From positions 1 to 64,000 of IMG/VR virus record IMGVR_UViG_3300025112_000010: a stretch of 64,000 nt of DNA; one strand, given 5' to 3'. This document shows, one piece after another, positions 42,848 to 54,300 of this stretch. A model generated the notes under the pieces. The model did no database searches and was not told the DNA's origin. It saw nothing but the letters and a program-made list of their open reading frames with translations. The stretch is from a virus. Numbering within the stretch: position 1 is the stretch's first letter; the number at the start of each line of letters is the position of its first letter. The position numbers and the translations under genes are program-made.

Positions 42848-44797
42848 TCATGCGGTGATGGTCATTGTCAACACCGGTCGGGTAACTCTCCAGATTGTTT
42901 TGTCCTGGAGGGATGTAATATCCACCAACCACTCAAAATTGGTGGTGGTCTGTCTCGCCGTGAAGTTGACGGAGGTGGTGTCGTCGGTGTTGATTACTGT
43001 CGTGGAGATGTCCCCGCCGGAATCGTAGATTCGGAAGTCCAAAGTCTGAATCCCTACCCCGGTTGTCTCAGAGTGGGTGAAGGAAATTGTATAATCCTCC
43101 CCTACGATAGTGTGTTCCTGGGTGAGGTCTACCGTACCTGTGGCTGTGCCTGCCGCTGGGGGTACTGCTTTGAAGGACATGACAGTCCCTGCAAGATTTA
43201 TGTTGTACCCGCTTTCGGTCACTACCCACTGGTTGGTTGGCCCATGGAGACTTGGGTGTAGGATTAGGTTCTGCGAAGTGTAGGTCGTGGAGCCCAGATC
43301 CTCGGTGGATTCAATCACAAGGTTCTGCTTGCCCTCTCCGTCCTGCCACTGGGTGTCTATACCTACGACCAATCCCGTGATTACAGTCTGGGTGCCATCC
43401 GTCAATTTTGGATCTCGGAATGTTACAAGATCGTTGATTGACACTCCTGGCAAGATGACAGTCTCCACCTTCCAACTCTTCTGTGCCATCTTTCTCTCTT
43501 GGAGATGACGTACCCCTACTTGAAAAAGTGTGGCGGGGTGTTCTATGTAAGGATTATCAATCTGCTCGGATAAGGGTCCATGCTTACTTTGAAGATCGGA
43601 GTCATCTATCGTCATCTCAATCTGGAGGTCGGTCCTTTCTGTGGCAGATCGTGTGGGACTTCTCTGGGACTCCCCTCCAGGGCTTCCTCCCCCACCTGCC
43701 ATGTTCCCGTTAGGAGGTCTCCCATTTAGACGTCTCGCCATCTCTTGGAGTGCATGATCTCCCTTCTTGTTTTTCTGGTCCTCCTTGGGTTTAACTTTCT
43801 TCTCCTTCTTGGGTTGCGGTTGACCTAGAACTGAAATGTCGATCTCTGAGGCTGCGGAGAAGAAGCCTGTTGTTTTCTCTGCAACAAACTTAGCACCAGT
43901 TGACCACATACCCTCCCAATGAGAGAACGTAGCACCGGCTACCACTACCTCTGCGTTTTTCAAAACCTTTTGTTCGTGTTCCTCTCCATGCTGCCTTGGA
44001 ACTTCGACGATAAATTCACCCTCTTTGGCGGGTAAGCCTTTGTTTAAGCAGCGGACTCTTGAGCCTTGGCTGTCGCCTTGACCTCCTTGCCCTGAGCCTC
44101 CTCCTGAGTCCTGCAACTCTACAGGAGAGGTGGGCATCTGCGAGACCCAGCAGCCCCGGACCTTAACACGACTGGGGATTATTTCTTCATTCATCGCTCG
44201 CTGGGCTGAGATGATGAACTCGTCTGGGATCGTATAAGCTGCTGCGGCTGTTAGGTCGGTCCACTCTTGGAGTTGGAGTATCCCAACTTCATCCACATAG
44301 AGTGCGCCTAATCCCGCCTGTGCGACCCGTTTAAGCTCGTCTAGGATATTTGACCCTGTGATAGGTCCGCATACTGTGCGAGCCGCTAGAGAGACGCTGT
44401 AGATCCCTGACGGGACTCCTGCGTATTCGTCAAGGATTGTGGTAGCGGCTGCGGTGGCTTCCCCGATATTCACCTCAGTGTTGACCGGCTTCTTCGTCAG
44501 CCTCGCGAAGAAAGATTTTACGGCAAAGCCTATCATCCTCTCTGAGATTCCGGTCTTCTCGTCGATCCCTTCGAGGAGCCCGTTGACGTAGAGCTTGCTG
44601 CCGTTGAGGATGGTTATATCCCCGCTGGCTACATTGGCAACCGTAGAGGTGGTTGTGGTGGTGATGTTGATCACTTCGGCAAGATTAGTCTCGCCGTAGT
44701 TGGAATCTTTGTTCACCACTGAGAGGCTTGCGGTGTAAGAGCCTCGGTACGATGCCCTAGAGGACCAATTGATTATGTCAGAAGTCGTTATTGTCAT
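42848..44797 (-). CDS. Large hypothetical structural protein (649 aa) with a Gly/Ser/Gln linker and a Lys-rich segment.
   Basis: ORF track; beta-rich C-terminus. Confidence 0.5.
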   Translation of the reverse strand: MTITTSDIINWSSRASYRGSYTASLSVVNKDSNYGETNLAEVINITTTTTSTVANVASGDITILNGSKLYVNGLLEGIDEKTGISERMIGFAVKSFFARLTKKPVNTEVNIGEATAAATTILDEYAGVPSGIYSVSLAARTVCGPITGSNILDELKRVAQAGLGALYVDEVGILQLQEWTDLTAAAAYTIPDEFIISAQRAMNEEIIPSRVKVRGCWVSQMPTSPVELQDSGGGSGQGGQGDSQGSRVRCLNKGLPAKEGEFIVEVPRQHGEEHEQKVLKNAEVVVAGATFSHWEGMWSTGAKFVAEKTTGFFSAASEIDISVLGQPQPKKEKKVKPKEDQKNKKGDHALQEMARRLNGRPPNGNMAGGGGSPGGESQRSPTRSATERTDLQIEMTIDDSDLQSKHGPLSEQIDNPYIEHPATLFQVGVRHLQERKMAQKSWKVETVILPGVSINDLVTFRDPKLTDGTQTVITGLVVGIDTQWQDGEGKQNLVIESTEDLGSTTYTSQNLILHPSLHGPTNQWVVTESGYNINLAGTVMSFKAVPPAAGTATGTVDLTQEHTIVGEDYTISFTHSETTGVGIQTLDFRIYDSGGDISTTVINTDDTTSVNFTARQTTTNFEWLVDITSLQDKTIWRVTRPVLTMTITA

Positions 44798-46536
44798 TCG
44801 TCATCAGCCAAATAGAATTCGGGAATCACAGAGCTGTTGGATTCTTTCCCCCAAATCTGATGTTGCAGATGGAGGATCTTATCCTTTGCTATTCTTTCCA
44901 AATCATAACGCCTAATCATCCCTTCCGATTCTAGCACTTGTGTTGCCCTAGTTGGAGGGATTACGGGCGTACCCCAAGTATATTGGGGATCGAATCTTAA
45001 TAAAGCCCAATCATAGTTCTGGGCGATTCTTGTAAAGGCTATTGTGACGTTCTCTTTATCTCCGCTCTCGGTTGCTATTCGATCATGGAGGTCGGTTGCG
45101 ACCAAGACGTCCGCTTCCGGCCAAGGGTCGGAGAGGGCTTGGTGCTTCAACTTGGAATTCAAAGCAGAGTCATACCTCTCAAGGGCTTCCCCATCCCATT
45201 CCAATCCTGTGACGTTAACCTTCTCCCGGCGAGCCTGCCTTAAAAAGTCTCCCGTAAAGGAACCTAGCTCCAAAACAGAGTCACCCAGCGTAAGGGAACA
45301 CTTGGCCGCAGCTTTGAAGATCTGCGGCATGAACGCCTGCTTTGTAAACCCATAGCGGTATTTATATTTGGCTGTCTCCTTGCGGTACTGGCTCCCTTTA
45401 CAGACTGCTTCAAAATCTAGTGCCACCTGGGACTGCTCGTATCTTCGGGCGTAAGTGGCGGCATCTCTTATAGCGTCCGCTTGCATATCGGGATCTGCCA
45501 GGAAATCTAAAGTTCTATCAACCATTGCTCTTACATCAGGGACAGCCCACAATGCGTCGTTCCTCGGCTCCCAAAGGGCAGGCTCTACCAACTGGGAATT
45601 GTCCTCCCCTAGTAGCTCAGGAAGTGCCGTATGTTTGCTGACAATCTGGGGGTGGCACAATGCCGCGCACTCTACAGTAGGAACTCCAAAACCTTCACCC
45701 TCAGATGTGGTGATTCTTAGATCGCTAAGGAGTATAAGCTCTCTAAGCTCTTCTCGGGAGAGACCTTTGTTCCAATCAAAATCTGTGTAGATGACTTCGT
45801 CTTGTAAGCCATAAAGGCTCTCCATCTTCTTCAGATCAAAACCTTCGGGATGCCCACCCTCTTGGATCTGATTCATCTTGGTGTGAGCTAGAAGTCTGAT
45901 TCGTTTGTCAGGCATCTCCTGCTTCAATTGGCGAATGTAATCAAAGGTAGCATCCCACCTCTTGTGCCAAATGTTTCTGTCCATGTTAAGTACGATGAAG
46001 GTGTTGTCCCTCATAGGATACTTCAGTTTGTCCTCCCACTTTTCTCTAAGCTGGGATCTGTCATGCTTGATTGGATACCAAACTCGGGGATCATACCCAT
46101 GGGGTATCACCAAAGAAGAAGGGAACACAGGTTGCCAAAGCTTTCTAGCAAACTCTGTCAAGTGCGTCAGCCCTTCTGGAGGCATTCCTGTAAAGTGCAA
46201 GGCTGCATCGTCCTTGATGGTGGAGCCTTCATAAGGGAACCAGAAGAAACACGGGCAGTTTGCAGGAGCTGACGTTGATCCAAGATAACCCTGGATGCCT
46301 CCTGGATGGTGGAAGAAGATACAAGCGTCCGGTGCAACGCCGTGGATCTCAGGGTCCAGCTCCTTCATGTCGAAGCCGTTTGACATTCTTCGCTCGTCTA
46401 CACCCTCGATCTCTATGATAGGCATAGGGACCTGCTGCGAGAGAAGTGTTACCTCGTGCCCAAGCTCTGCGAGTCCTTGGACAAGCAGTCGGACCTGTTG
46501 GCCGAAACCCGCTAGGGAATGATGGTGATTCTCCAC
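44794..46536 (-). CDS. Bifunctional family 1 glycosyltransferase (GT-B fold) fused to a C-terminal SAM-dependent methyltransferase domain.
   Basis: EX7E region SEGEGFGVPTVECAA; MTase motif I VLELGSFTGDF. Confidence 0.6.
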   Translation of the reverse strand: MENHHHSLAGFGQQVRLLVQGLAELGHEVTLLSQQVPMPIIEIEGVDERRMSNGFDMKELDPEIHGVAPDACIFFHHPGGIQGYLGSTSAPANCPCFFWFPYEGSTIKDDAALHFTGMPPEGLTHLTEFARKLWQPVFPSSLVIPHGYDPRVWYPIKHDRSQLREKWEDKLKYPMRDNTFIVLNMDRNIWHKRWDATFDYIRQLKQEMPDKRIRLLAHTKMNQIQEGGHPEGFDLKKMESLYGLQDEVIYTDFDWNKGLSREELRELILLSDLRITTSEGEGFGVPTVECAALCHPQIVSKHTALPELLGEDNSQLVEPALWEPRNDALWAVPDVRAMVDRTLDFLADPDMQADAIRDAATYARRYEQSQVALDFEAVCKGSQYRKETAKYKYRYGFTKQAFMPQIFKAAAKCSLTLGDSVLELGSFTGDFLRQARREKVNVTGLEWDGEALERYDSALNSKLKHQALSDPWPEADVLVATDLHDRIATESGDKENVTIAFTRIAQNYDWALLRFDPQYTWGTPVIPPTRATQVLESEGMIRRYDLERIAKDKILHLQHQIWGKESNSSVIPEFYLADDE

Positions 46537-46581
46537 ATACTACGATCTTCATAATGCCCTACCTCCTTTTCTAAATAAATT

Positions 46582-47178
46582 CTAAATATGGTAGCCTAAC
46601 TGGGACATTAAATCCCAGTTGATAGCGTCCTGGATAACCTTCATGGAAGGCTCCGGGATCTCGTCTAAGTAATGGTGACCGGTGTAACGATCTTCCTCAA
46701 AAGTCTTCTCGCTCTGTTGGAGATTAGGTCCGATAGTATTCGTCACGCGGGTGAAGGTCTTCTGCATCAAACCAAAACGCTTCCCCACTCTATCCATAAC
46801 CTTCTGGGGATTCTCAATCAGATCTTCTATCCTGACAATCTCTTTAGGCTGTGGAATGGTGAGCCAGTTAGCATAGCGTTTATTGAAGTTCCTGCATAAT
46901 TCTCGGACGTTCTTTTCTCGCCAATCCGGTCGCCTCCGGAGCTGCTTCCCGAAATTGAAGTAGCTGGGAAACCATGCGTAAGGATGTCGGATAGAAATAA
47001 GATGCCCCCAGTAGAGCTTGCAAAAGTCCACCCTGTCGTAGAGAGCATCATGTTTATGGACAGGGGTATTTGTTTGAACAGGGACCCCGAAGGTGTTTAG
47101 AACATACAGGCACAAAACATTTGTACCTGTACGCCTAGCACCCCATTGCTTAATGGAATCTACTTGCACTTGTTGCAA
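46582..47178 (-). CDS. Sulfotransferase-like P-loop protein.
   Basis: WGARRTGTNVL resembles a PAPS-binding loop; weak. Confidence 0.35.
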   Translation of the reverse strand: MQQVQVDSIKQWGARRTGTNVLCLYVLNTFGVPVQTNTPVHKHDALYDRVDFCKLYWGHLISIRHPYAWFPSYFNFGKQLRRRPDWREKNVRELCRNFNKRYANWLTIPQPKEIVRIEDLIENPQKVMDRVGKRFGLMQKTFTRVTNTIGPNLQQSEKTFEEDRYTGHHYLDEIPEPSMKVIQDAINWDLMSQLGYHI

Positions 47179-47510
47179 CTCTTCTTAGGAGGAGGTGGGT
47201 TACGATCTGTACCTTCGTTCCCGCTGAGTCCAGCCTCTGCCCACTTGGACTGGGGGTAGCCCAGCTTCTCTGCCCCGTATTTGCAACCGTACTTTTCAGT
47301 CTCGACGAATCGTGCAAGGTTAAACAAACCGGAGTCTGCGACGGAACAGCCGCAAACCCCGCATGCCATAAGCTCACCCCTTGGCTGTACCAGAGGGCAC
47401 TCCCGGCAAATCTCCAGCCTTGCCAGCATCACTTCCTTGCTTACTGTTGTTCCGTTTATTAGAGCGCTTGCTAGGCTTGCCGTTTTTTGGAAGAGGTTCT
47501 TCTTTGCCAT
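47160..47510 (-). CDS. Cys-rich zinc-binding protein (CRECP...CGVCGC).
   Basis: ORF track. Confidence 0.45.
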   Translation of the reverse strand: MAKKNLFQKTASLASALINGTTVSKEVMLARLEICRECPLVQPRGELMACGVCGCSVADSGLFNLARFVETEKYGCKYGAEKLGYPQSKWAEAGLSGNEGTDRNPPPPKKSCNKCK

Positions 47511-48957
47511 CGTCTATTGTATCCGTAACTGCGAGACCTTTGACCGGAGACTTCTTAGCCTTCGGTTTCTTTTTAGTGGGTTTAGCTTCACCATCTGGAT
47601 GGAAGTTTCTACGTCGAGCATCCATCTTGTTGTCCTCGATAGACATCTTACCATAACCCATCTGCTCAAACATTGCAGGGCTTTGGTGGATACCTCGACG
47701 ACCTATGTACAACCCCCGGTTTACATTTGGGGCAAGCAGTAGAAAACCGGCTCTTTGCATTGAACACAAAGTCGCTGCGTCTTGCCCGGTTGCCGGGGAG
47801 TCCCAATACTTGGCAAGCTTGTCTTTGTATTCCTTGTTAACAGGGAAGGGCTTAGTGGAGTCCTTAGCACACTTCTTCAACACCTCTCGAAACCAAGGTC
47901 GAATAGTTTTGTTGGGCCTGTCATGGTAGAACGACTTGAGGAAGAGACGTTGATACTCAAGTATGGTCGGGGACATACCTTCCCAGCATTTGCGGGAGAT
48001 CAAGTAGCCCCAGAGATTTGTCCTGGATGCGTGGACTGTAGAGAGCTGCTCCTTCTTCTCCTCGCTACCCAACAAGCACTTGCTCCAACCTTGGACTACT
48101 CCTACATTGTCATAATTCTTCTCTCCCCAGAGCATAAGATTTCGACAGTACGTCAGGTACTCCGGCGAAGGAACCATGTCATCTTCAAAGATGTAAGCGT
48201 ACTTGTAATCCATGTTGGTGAGGAGTTGGTGACGTGCATCAATGATGTTCCGTCCGCAACCAAGATTGATCGGCCTGTGTATACAGTGGGCATGTGGGAT
48301 CAACTTTTTGGCAAGCTCTTCATGCTCAACCATCACATGGGTGTTACCAATTAAAGGTCTGTCGATAAAGATGTAGACGGGGTGCTTCTTCTCTCGAACC
48401 TCTGGGTTCTTACAGAGACCTTCAAGGACTTCTTTAAAGTAGCTCAACCGGTCGCATGCGATGATCGCTATAGCTGTGTCGGATTGGATAGCGGGATCAT
48501 AGTCGTCCGCTAGATTGTAAGCAACCGACTCCCAATCAAGATTCTTGGGGACTGCATTGGCTTCTTTGTAAACTACGTCGGGAAGATGGTCAGCCGCTTC
48601 TACTCTAAGCTCATCCAGCTTCTTCTTCATAAAGCGACCAGGGTCTGCCAAATCTCGCCAAACATTAGGAGAACCCTCTGGCTTCATAGCGAAGAGACCT
48701 TTTGTCTCAATGTCTCGACCTCGCCAGTGGCCTTGGCTATTGAGCTTCATTACGACCTTTAAAGAGCCGTCCTGTTTTCGCAGTAGAAGTTGGAGACCTT
48801 CTGCAGCTCTACGAAGAGCCCAGGTTGTAATCTCTCCCCCATTCTCTACTTCCTTGTTTTCCTTTAAAGAGATTTCGTGGGAAGGTTTGTCCGGCGGGTA
48901 TGCCGTGAATTTCACGGTCTCATTGATTGCGTCAGTTCCATATCCAATAAGATTCAT
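47374..48957 (-). CDS. GT-A fold (family 2-like) glycosyltransferase with a Lys-rich C-terminal tail.
   Basis: IAIIACDRLSYF N-terminal strand; DxD-like YAYIFEDDMV. Confidence 0.45.
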   Translation of the reverse strand: MNLIGYGTDAINETVKFTAYPPDKPSHEISLKENKEVENGGEITTWALRRAAEGLQLLLRKQDGSLKVVMKLNSQGHWRGRDIETKGLFAMKPEGSPNVWRDLADPGRFMKKKLDELRVEAADHLPDVVYKEANAVPKNLDWESVAYNLADDYDPAIQSDTAIAIIACDRLSYFKEVLEGLCKNPEVREKKHPVYIFIDRPLIGNTHVMVEHEELAKKLIPHAHCIHRPINLGCGRNIIDARHQLLTNMDYKYAYIFEDDMVPSPEYLTYCRNLMLWGEKNYDNVGVVQGWSKCLLGSEEKKEQLSTVHASRTNLWGYLISRKCWEGMSPTILEYQRLFLKSFYHDRPNKTIRPWFREVLKKCAKDSTKPFPVNKEYKDKLAKYWDSPATGQDAATLCSMQRAGFLLLAPNVNRGLYIGRRGIHQSPAMFEQMGYGKMSIEDNKMDARRRNFHPDGEAKPTKKKPKAKKSPVKGLAVTDTIDDGKEEPLPKNGKPSKRSNKRNNSKQGSDAGKAGDLPGVPSGTAKG

Positions 48958-48981
48958 ATCAGTCTTCTTTCAAAATAAATG

Positions 48982-49527
48982 TTAAGTTCCAAAGGGGTGG
49001 GCTAGCCACGTACCAGGGTTGCATTGTAAACCACCTGACCATGTTATACCAAACGGAGCCAAATCTATAGAGCCTGAACAACTTCCGGGAATAGCAACTG
49101 CAAAAGGGGAATCAGCGCGAATGGGATCGGAGGCATCATAATTGCTACACTCCCCATCACCTGTCGCCCTTAGTTTAAGTATCATTGTACAGGCTGCGGC
49201 ATCTACAAGTAGGTAGAGTTTTCTGTTGTCAAAATCCCCACTACAAACTCCAGGAGAACCGTAGACGTCATCCACAGACTCCCAGATGTTGAAATCAGTT
49301 CCTCCACAATTTGTAATGCCTGTATATGTTACAGGTTTTCTAACATTAAAAAGAGAGCAGCTTGAGCAAGAACTATTTGAAAAGCCTGTCCCTTGTATGT
49401 CAAAGGTTGCTGGAAGTGTGCAAGAGCATATTGTAGGTGGGGTGGGACCCGTAGCACCGCAACAACATCCATAGAATACGCCGCTGTCTCCAAAGATGAC
49501 TCCATTTGCACCTACTGAAATTGCCAT
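48982..49527 (-). CDS. Cys/Gly-rich secreted-type or structural protein (GCCCGATG, 20 Cys in 181 aa).
   Basis: ORF track. Confidence 0.45.
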   Translation of the reverse strand: MAISVGANGVIFGDSGVFYGCCCGATGPTPPTICSCTLPATFDIQGTGFSNSSCSSCSLFNVRKPVTYTGITNCGGTDFNIWESVDDVYGSPGVCSGDFDNRKLYLLVDAAACTMILKLRATGDGECSNYDASDPIRADSPFAVAIPGSCSGSIDLAPFGITWSGGLQCNPGTWLAHPFGT

Positions 49528-51003
49528 CTAACTACAATCGTAAACAGAGAATTTCTTGAGACAACCGTCACTGTCTAAACCTAAGACGTAAGTTGGTATG
49601 GCAGAGGACCACACTACTGCGGAGAAGGGTCCATCGGGGCACTCATCCAACTTCATTTCTAAAACTTCATTGGTGATCGTCAGACCACTTCCATAGTTGA
49701 TACCTAGCGAGCATTGACCTGCGGTCTCTAAACCCCTTCGATGCCCGGCTCGGCCCGCTAGGTGGTCATTATTTATTTTGACTAGACCTAGCTCCTCCCC
49801 TAAGACTGTAAAACCACACCCGAACTGTATCAAAGCGCGGGACTCCAATTTAACAAGTTTACGAGGTCCCATTGGGATAGGGGTGTAGCTACTATAGCTA
49901 GAACCTTTACCACAAATATTCTCGTCGGAGAAGGTGTAGCTTACCTGTACTGTAGGTCCTGCGACTAGAACAGTGGACACTCCGTTATAGTTAGTACCGC
50001 TGATCATAGGACCCCCGTAGAACTGCCCCGTCGTTGAGTAAGATACTATTCCTTTATCTTTTACGGAAGGGAGACTCAACTCCGGCCAAAAAACAAGATC
50101 GTCTGCGGGATAATCGTGCATGATTGGATCTATGCTCTCTAGAGCATAGCCATCATGGCATAGATACATGTTCTGCATCCACGGTTTTTGGTTAGGCTTT
50201 ACGTCACAGTCTAGGTGGATCTCTTTCTTCTCTGTGCATACAAACTGCCCGCCATTGACGTTGTCGGTGAAAGTAGCTTTGGCTACCAATTCAAATTGTT
50301 GGGACTGGGTTCCGTTAGTTTCCAGAGTGGCTTTAAGATCTGTGGATTGCTTGATAGTGACTGCGGGGACAGCTTCATCTGGATCTTGGACTATCGACCA
50401 TGCAACGCCGTCAAGTGTTGCAATCTCCCTCCCTGTAGAATCTTTACAGTCCCATTCTGTATTGAGTTTGTAGGAGGTCTTGTCCTGGCATAACATATCT
50501 GCCAGACCTTGCAGCTTCATCTTGACGTGGAAGAGTTTACACTTCTGGTCACCGCTTTTCCCGCCGCTTGGTTGGCTATCACCTCCTCCTGAAGACTGCC
50601 CTGGTTCGCAATCATAGGTTACTGTTCGAGTTTGGGACAACTCAGAAAAGCTACCAGCCTCATCGATAGCTTGCACTCTCCAAGAGATCTCGTCACCCAT
50701 CCGGATGTCGGAAACCAATTGGAGGTTGTAAGAAGTTCCTGCCTGCTTAACTGACTTCGTAGTAGGTCCCACGAAATTTGAGTTAAGTGACCATTGCAGA
50801 ACATATTTCGTGGCACCCGAAACTGCGTTCCACGTCAGAACAATCTCAGAGTTCGAGGAGCCAAACGTCATATAAGGACAGATCGTAGAACCATCGTTAG
50901 GTGACGTCAGCACAGGGGCATCCAGAAGTCCGTCAGACTTCCAAGTAGTCGCAGGCTCGGCTGAGACTATAGCAATCTTCTGACGAATCTTTGGATCAGC
51001 CAT
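49528..51003 (-). CDS. Structural protein with a fibronectin-III-like beta-sandwich region.
   Basis: YVLQWSLNS...SWRVQAIDEAG pattern; sits downstream of the tape measure gene. Confidence 0.5.
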   Translation of the reverse strand: MADPKIRQKIAIVSAEPATTWKSDGLLDAPVLTSPNDGSTICPYMTFGSSNSEIVLTWNAVSGATKYVLQWSLNSNFVGPTTKSVKQAGTSYNLQLVSDIRMGDEISWRVQAIDEAGSFSELSQTRTVTYDCEPGQSSGGGDSQPSGGKSGDQKCKLFHVKMKLQGLADMLCQDKTSYKLNTEWDCKDSTGREIATLDGVAWSIVQDPDEAVPAVTIKQSTDLKATLETNGTQSQQFELVAKATFTDNVNGGQFVCTEKKEIHLDCDVKPNQKPWMQNMYLCHDGYALESIDPIMHDYPADDLVFWPELSLPSVKDKGIVSYSTTGQFYGGPMISGTNYNGVSTVLVAGPTVQVSYTFSDENICGKGSSYSSYTPIPMGPRKLVKLESRALIQFGCGFTVLGEELGLVKINNDHLAGRAGHRRGLETAGQCSLGINYGSGLTITNEVLEMKLDECPDGPFSAVVWSSAIPTYVLGLDSDGCLKKFSVYDCS

Positions 51004-51398
51004 TACACACCCCCGCAGGCGAGGGCAGAATATTCAGTGGTGACAGATATAACCTGGAACATCCCAGAGACCGAGAAGATCCTTCCCCTAACAGTAGGAG
51101 AATCCAATTGGACAAATTGAACTTGAAGGTCATCATCCCAGTAACCGGTGAATTGGTACTCGGTAAGAGACGCGGTGTTATAAAGGTCATAGAGGACTTT
51201 GAATTCGGCGGGTGTTGCAACTTGGATAGTCCAAGACAGTGTACCATCTCCATGCACAATTAAATCATCCGCTTCCTGAAGAATTACCGCACCTGCTGTG
51301 GGTGTGGTCGTCATTCTCTTTCGGGGAACGTATAAGCTGTAGCTAAAGGATAGAGGTAAATTTACCGCATTCAACGTAGCTTGGTAAGCCATTGCCAT
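51003..51398 (-). CDS. Hypothetical tail-associated protein.
   Basis: ORF track; start and stop coupled to the tape measure gene. Confidence 0.5.
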   Translation of the reverse strand: MAMAYQATLNAVNLPLSFSYSLYVPRKRMTTTPTAGAVILQEADDLIVHGDGTLSWTIQVATPAEFKVLYDLYNTASLTEYQFTGYWDDDLQVQFVQLDSPTVRGRIFSVSGMFQVISVTTEYSALACGGV

Positions 51399-54300
51399 TA
51401 GACTTCTCCTACAGACATGTTAGCACTTGAGATTGCCTTTCCGATGTGACGAGTCACGTTATCCATATCTACGTTGTTGTTGATGTCCATTCGGACTGTG
51501 CGGTTATCGTTGTTATTGGTAGTTGTACCCCCGCCTCCTCCACCAGAAGGAGCAGTACCTCCCAGTCCCATGTAATGGGAAGGTGCAAGTCGTCCTAGTT
51601 GTGGACCCTTCTTCGCTAAGGTGTTAACCATTCTATCAATACCACCAGAGGCTACCTCTACATTCTGGTTCCAAATGTCCACAAGAGAGGGACTGTGGTG
51701 TGTTGTAGGCTTGGATTCATGCTTAATTGCTGCCATAGTAGCTTGTACTGCCGCAATCATCCTCTGAGATTCAACCGTCCAACCTGCAAGGAACGCATTG
51801 ACCCAGTGGACTGGTGCAGCTCGGAAGTCGTTCATCACTTGGATCATGCTGGCTCGTACAGCCAACTGCATCTGGTGGACACGTTTCTGCACCTCATCGA
51901 TTTTGGCTTGGACTATAGCAGGATCACCACCCGCACCTCCTACAGCTCCCGCGACTTGCGCCTCCTGGGCTCTCTTCTGCGCGAACTGATTTACGAGTTG
52001 ACCTCGGGTTCGCATACGCTCAATAACTGCGTCCAGGCGTTTGACCTCGGTGTCATTACCATGACCTAAAGCCTTAGCCCGTCGCTGCTCAAGTCTTTCC
52101 AGGTTTTGCTGGAAGCGTACTGCTGTGTCGGCAGCTCGCATAGCCAGAGCTTCTTGCTGGAAACGTATGTAGTAGAGACCTTGGTAAAGAAGTATCAATT
52201 TCTGGACACTGTCCACCTGCTTGAGGAGAGCATCGGTAACTCGCTTCTCAAGGTCCGCTTCGTTCTTTGCTACGTCAGGCTTCTTACCAAGTTTCTTATC
52301 GGCATCTTTAGCCATAGCCTCTTGGGCTTTTTGGATACGATCTCGGGCTTGGGCTGCCAATAGCTCTTCGTTTTTGCGAGCCTGCTCTCCTACGATTCCA
52401 AGCTTTTTCATCTTGGCTCGCTCTTGTTCAAGGATCTTTTCGTTCTCTAGCTTGGCAGCTTCTACACGATTCCCTTTGCGTTTGGCCTCGTCGATCTTCA
52501 ACTGGCGGTTAAAATCTTTACGGGACTTCTCCAGTTCCACCTTCTTCTTCTTCTCGTCTGCTATCTCCTTATCCTTTTTTTCCTTCTCTTTCTTTGCAGC
52601 TTCGTCTAAGTCCTCTAACCTTTGTCTTTCATTATCTGCCATTAAGTCTTGTACTTCCGCAACCTGCTGATAAGTCCTCTCCATCTCGTCTAGAAGCTTA
52701 TTAAATTCTTTTTGACGCTCTACCTCATCTTCAATTGCATCCAACTCCTCTAACCTCTTCGTATAGCTTAGTTGGATTATTCGTAGCTCCTCCAGTCGCA
52801 AAGCTAACTTCTCCTTTATGGAGTCTTTCTGGTCATTTATTTTAGACGTCTCCTTGTCAAGCCCTTCCAAGTCTGCGTCGTGGATCTCCTTGACAAGGTC
52901 TGCATAATCCTCTGCTCCTTCGGCTAAGGACTCCTGGGCTGCTACAAGTTCCTGCTGGGCGAGTCTCTGATCAACCCAAGCCGCTGTTATCTCCTCGGAG
53001 GTTAAGACCCCATCATTCCGCATCTGCCTAACGAACTCTAGATACTCTTGGTTATGGTCATTGACGACCTTTAAATCATGTACATAACCTCTTAACCGTT
53101 CTTTCTCAGCCTCATGCGCCTCTGCGGCCTTTTGGCGGGCGGCAGCATCATCCCCCGCCATGTTCATCTCCGTCAGCTTCAAGGCTACTAATTCTTCTTG
53201 TAATTTTATACGACGCTCATGCGCCTCAATGTGCTCCTCAACAGTTCGTTCGGTGTCTTCAACTACAATTTTTAAAACCTTTGCAGTTCTAAGGGTCCTA
53301 ACACCTACTTCGTATTGTTTCTCTCTGGTGGCAAGATCCGCTTTTAGCGATGTCTTTACGTCTCCATCCTCCAGCCTACTTATCGTCCTCTTCAGAGTTA
53401 TCATCGCAGCCATCTGCTCTTCTAGGCTTGCGGTTAGACCCTCAACAGACTTTCCACCTTCATCCCAACTCTTCGTCAACTCATTAAGTTTTGTCCCTGT
53501 CAGAGATGCGTTCTTTCCTAGATCATCATAGAAGGCGGCAGCATCTCTAACCTCTTTGCCCATCCTCTTGGCACCCTCTGAGTTCTGCATCCAGTCAAGC
53601 TGATTCATCTGTTCAGCAGACATTCCCATGCTGGCAGCCATATCCGCAAAGGATTGACCTACCTTTTTGGAGTCGTCCGCTAGAAGACCAAACCAAATTA
53701 AGAGCCTCTTAACCAAGCCTATTAGAAAACCTACAGCCATCGCCAAACCCCAAATGGGAGATGTGAGCAAAACTATAGAGCTTATTAAGGTTCCCCCGAG
53801 AATAGCTGTGAGTCCTACAAGAATGGCTGTGAGGTATTTTACAACTACGGCGACCCCTTCTATAACAACGTAGAAACCTTCCCACCCTCCTACAGCCCAA
53901 AGTACAGCCTTCATCACCGTTGCCATGACGGTGCCTACGACCTTCAGACCCAAGTATAGACCTTCTAAGAAAGCCTTACCTATAGCCCACACAGCCTTCG
54001 CCACTACGTTCAGCACCTCGGTAAAGAACTCAAAGTCTGCAACCATTACGGCTATAATCGCAACCAAGGGGGAGAGGAGTACAAGTAGCGCTGCAGCGAC
54101 TATAAGAAAGGCTTTCCAGAATACAACTACCAACGTGATGGCTGGGATCAATGCGCCCAGGGTTGTCAACAAAGCCCCTGCTACTCCAAGGACAACAGAG
54201 AGTGCTGCCGCTGCTGCTCCAAAAATTGCAATAGACTTTACAAAGGATGCCACTACGTCCTTATTAGCTTTAGCCCACTCATTGAAGGCTCTCACCATAC

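Noticed and set aside
46596-46618. 8-bp stem-loop AACTGGGA...TCCCAGTT
   Set aside because: It falls inside the coding sequence of 46582..47178, so it is not an intergenic terminator.
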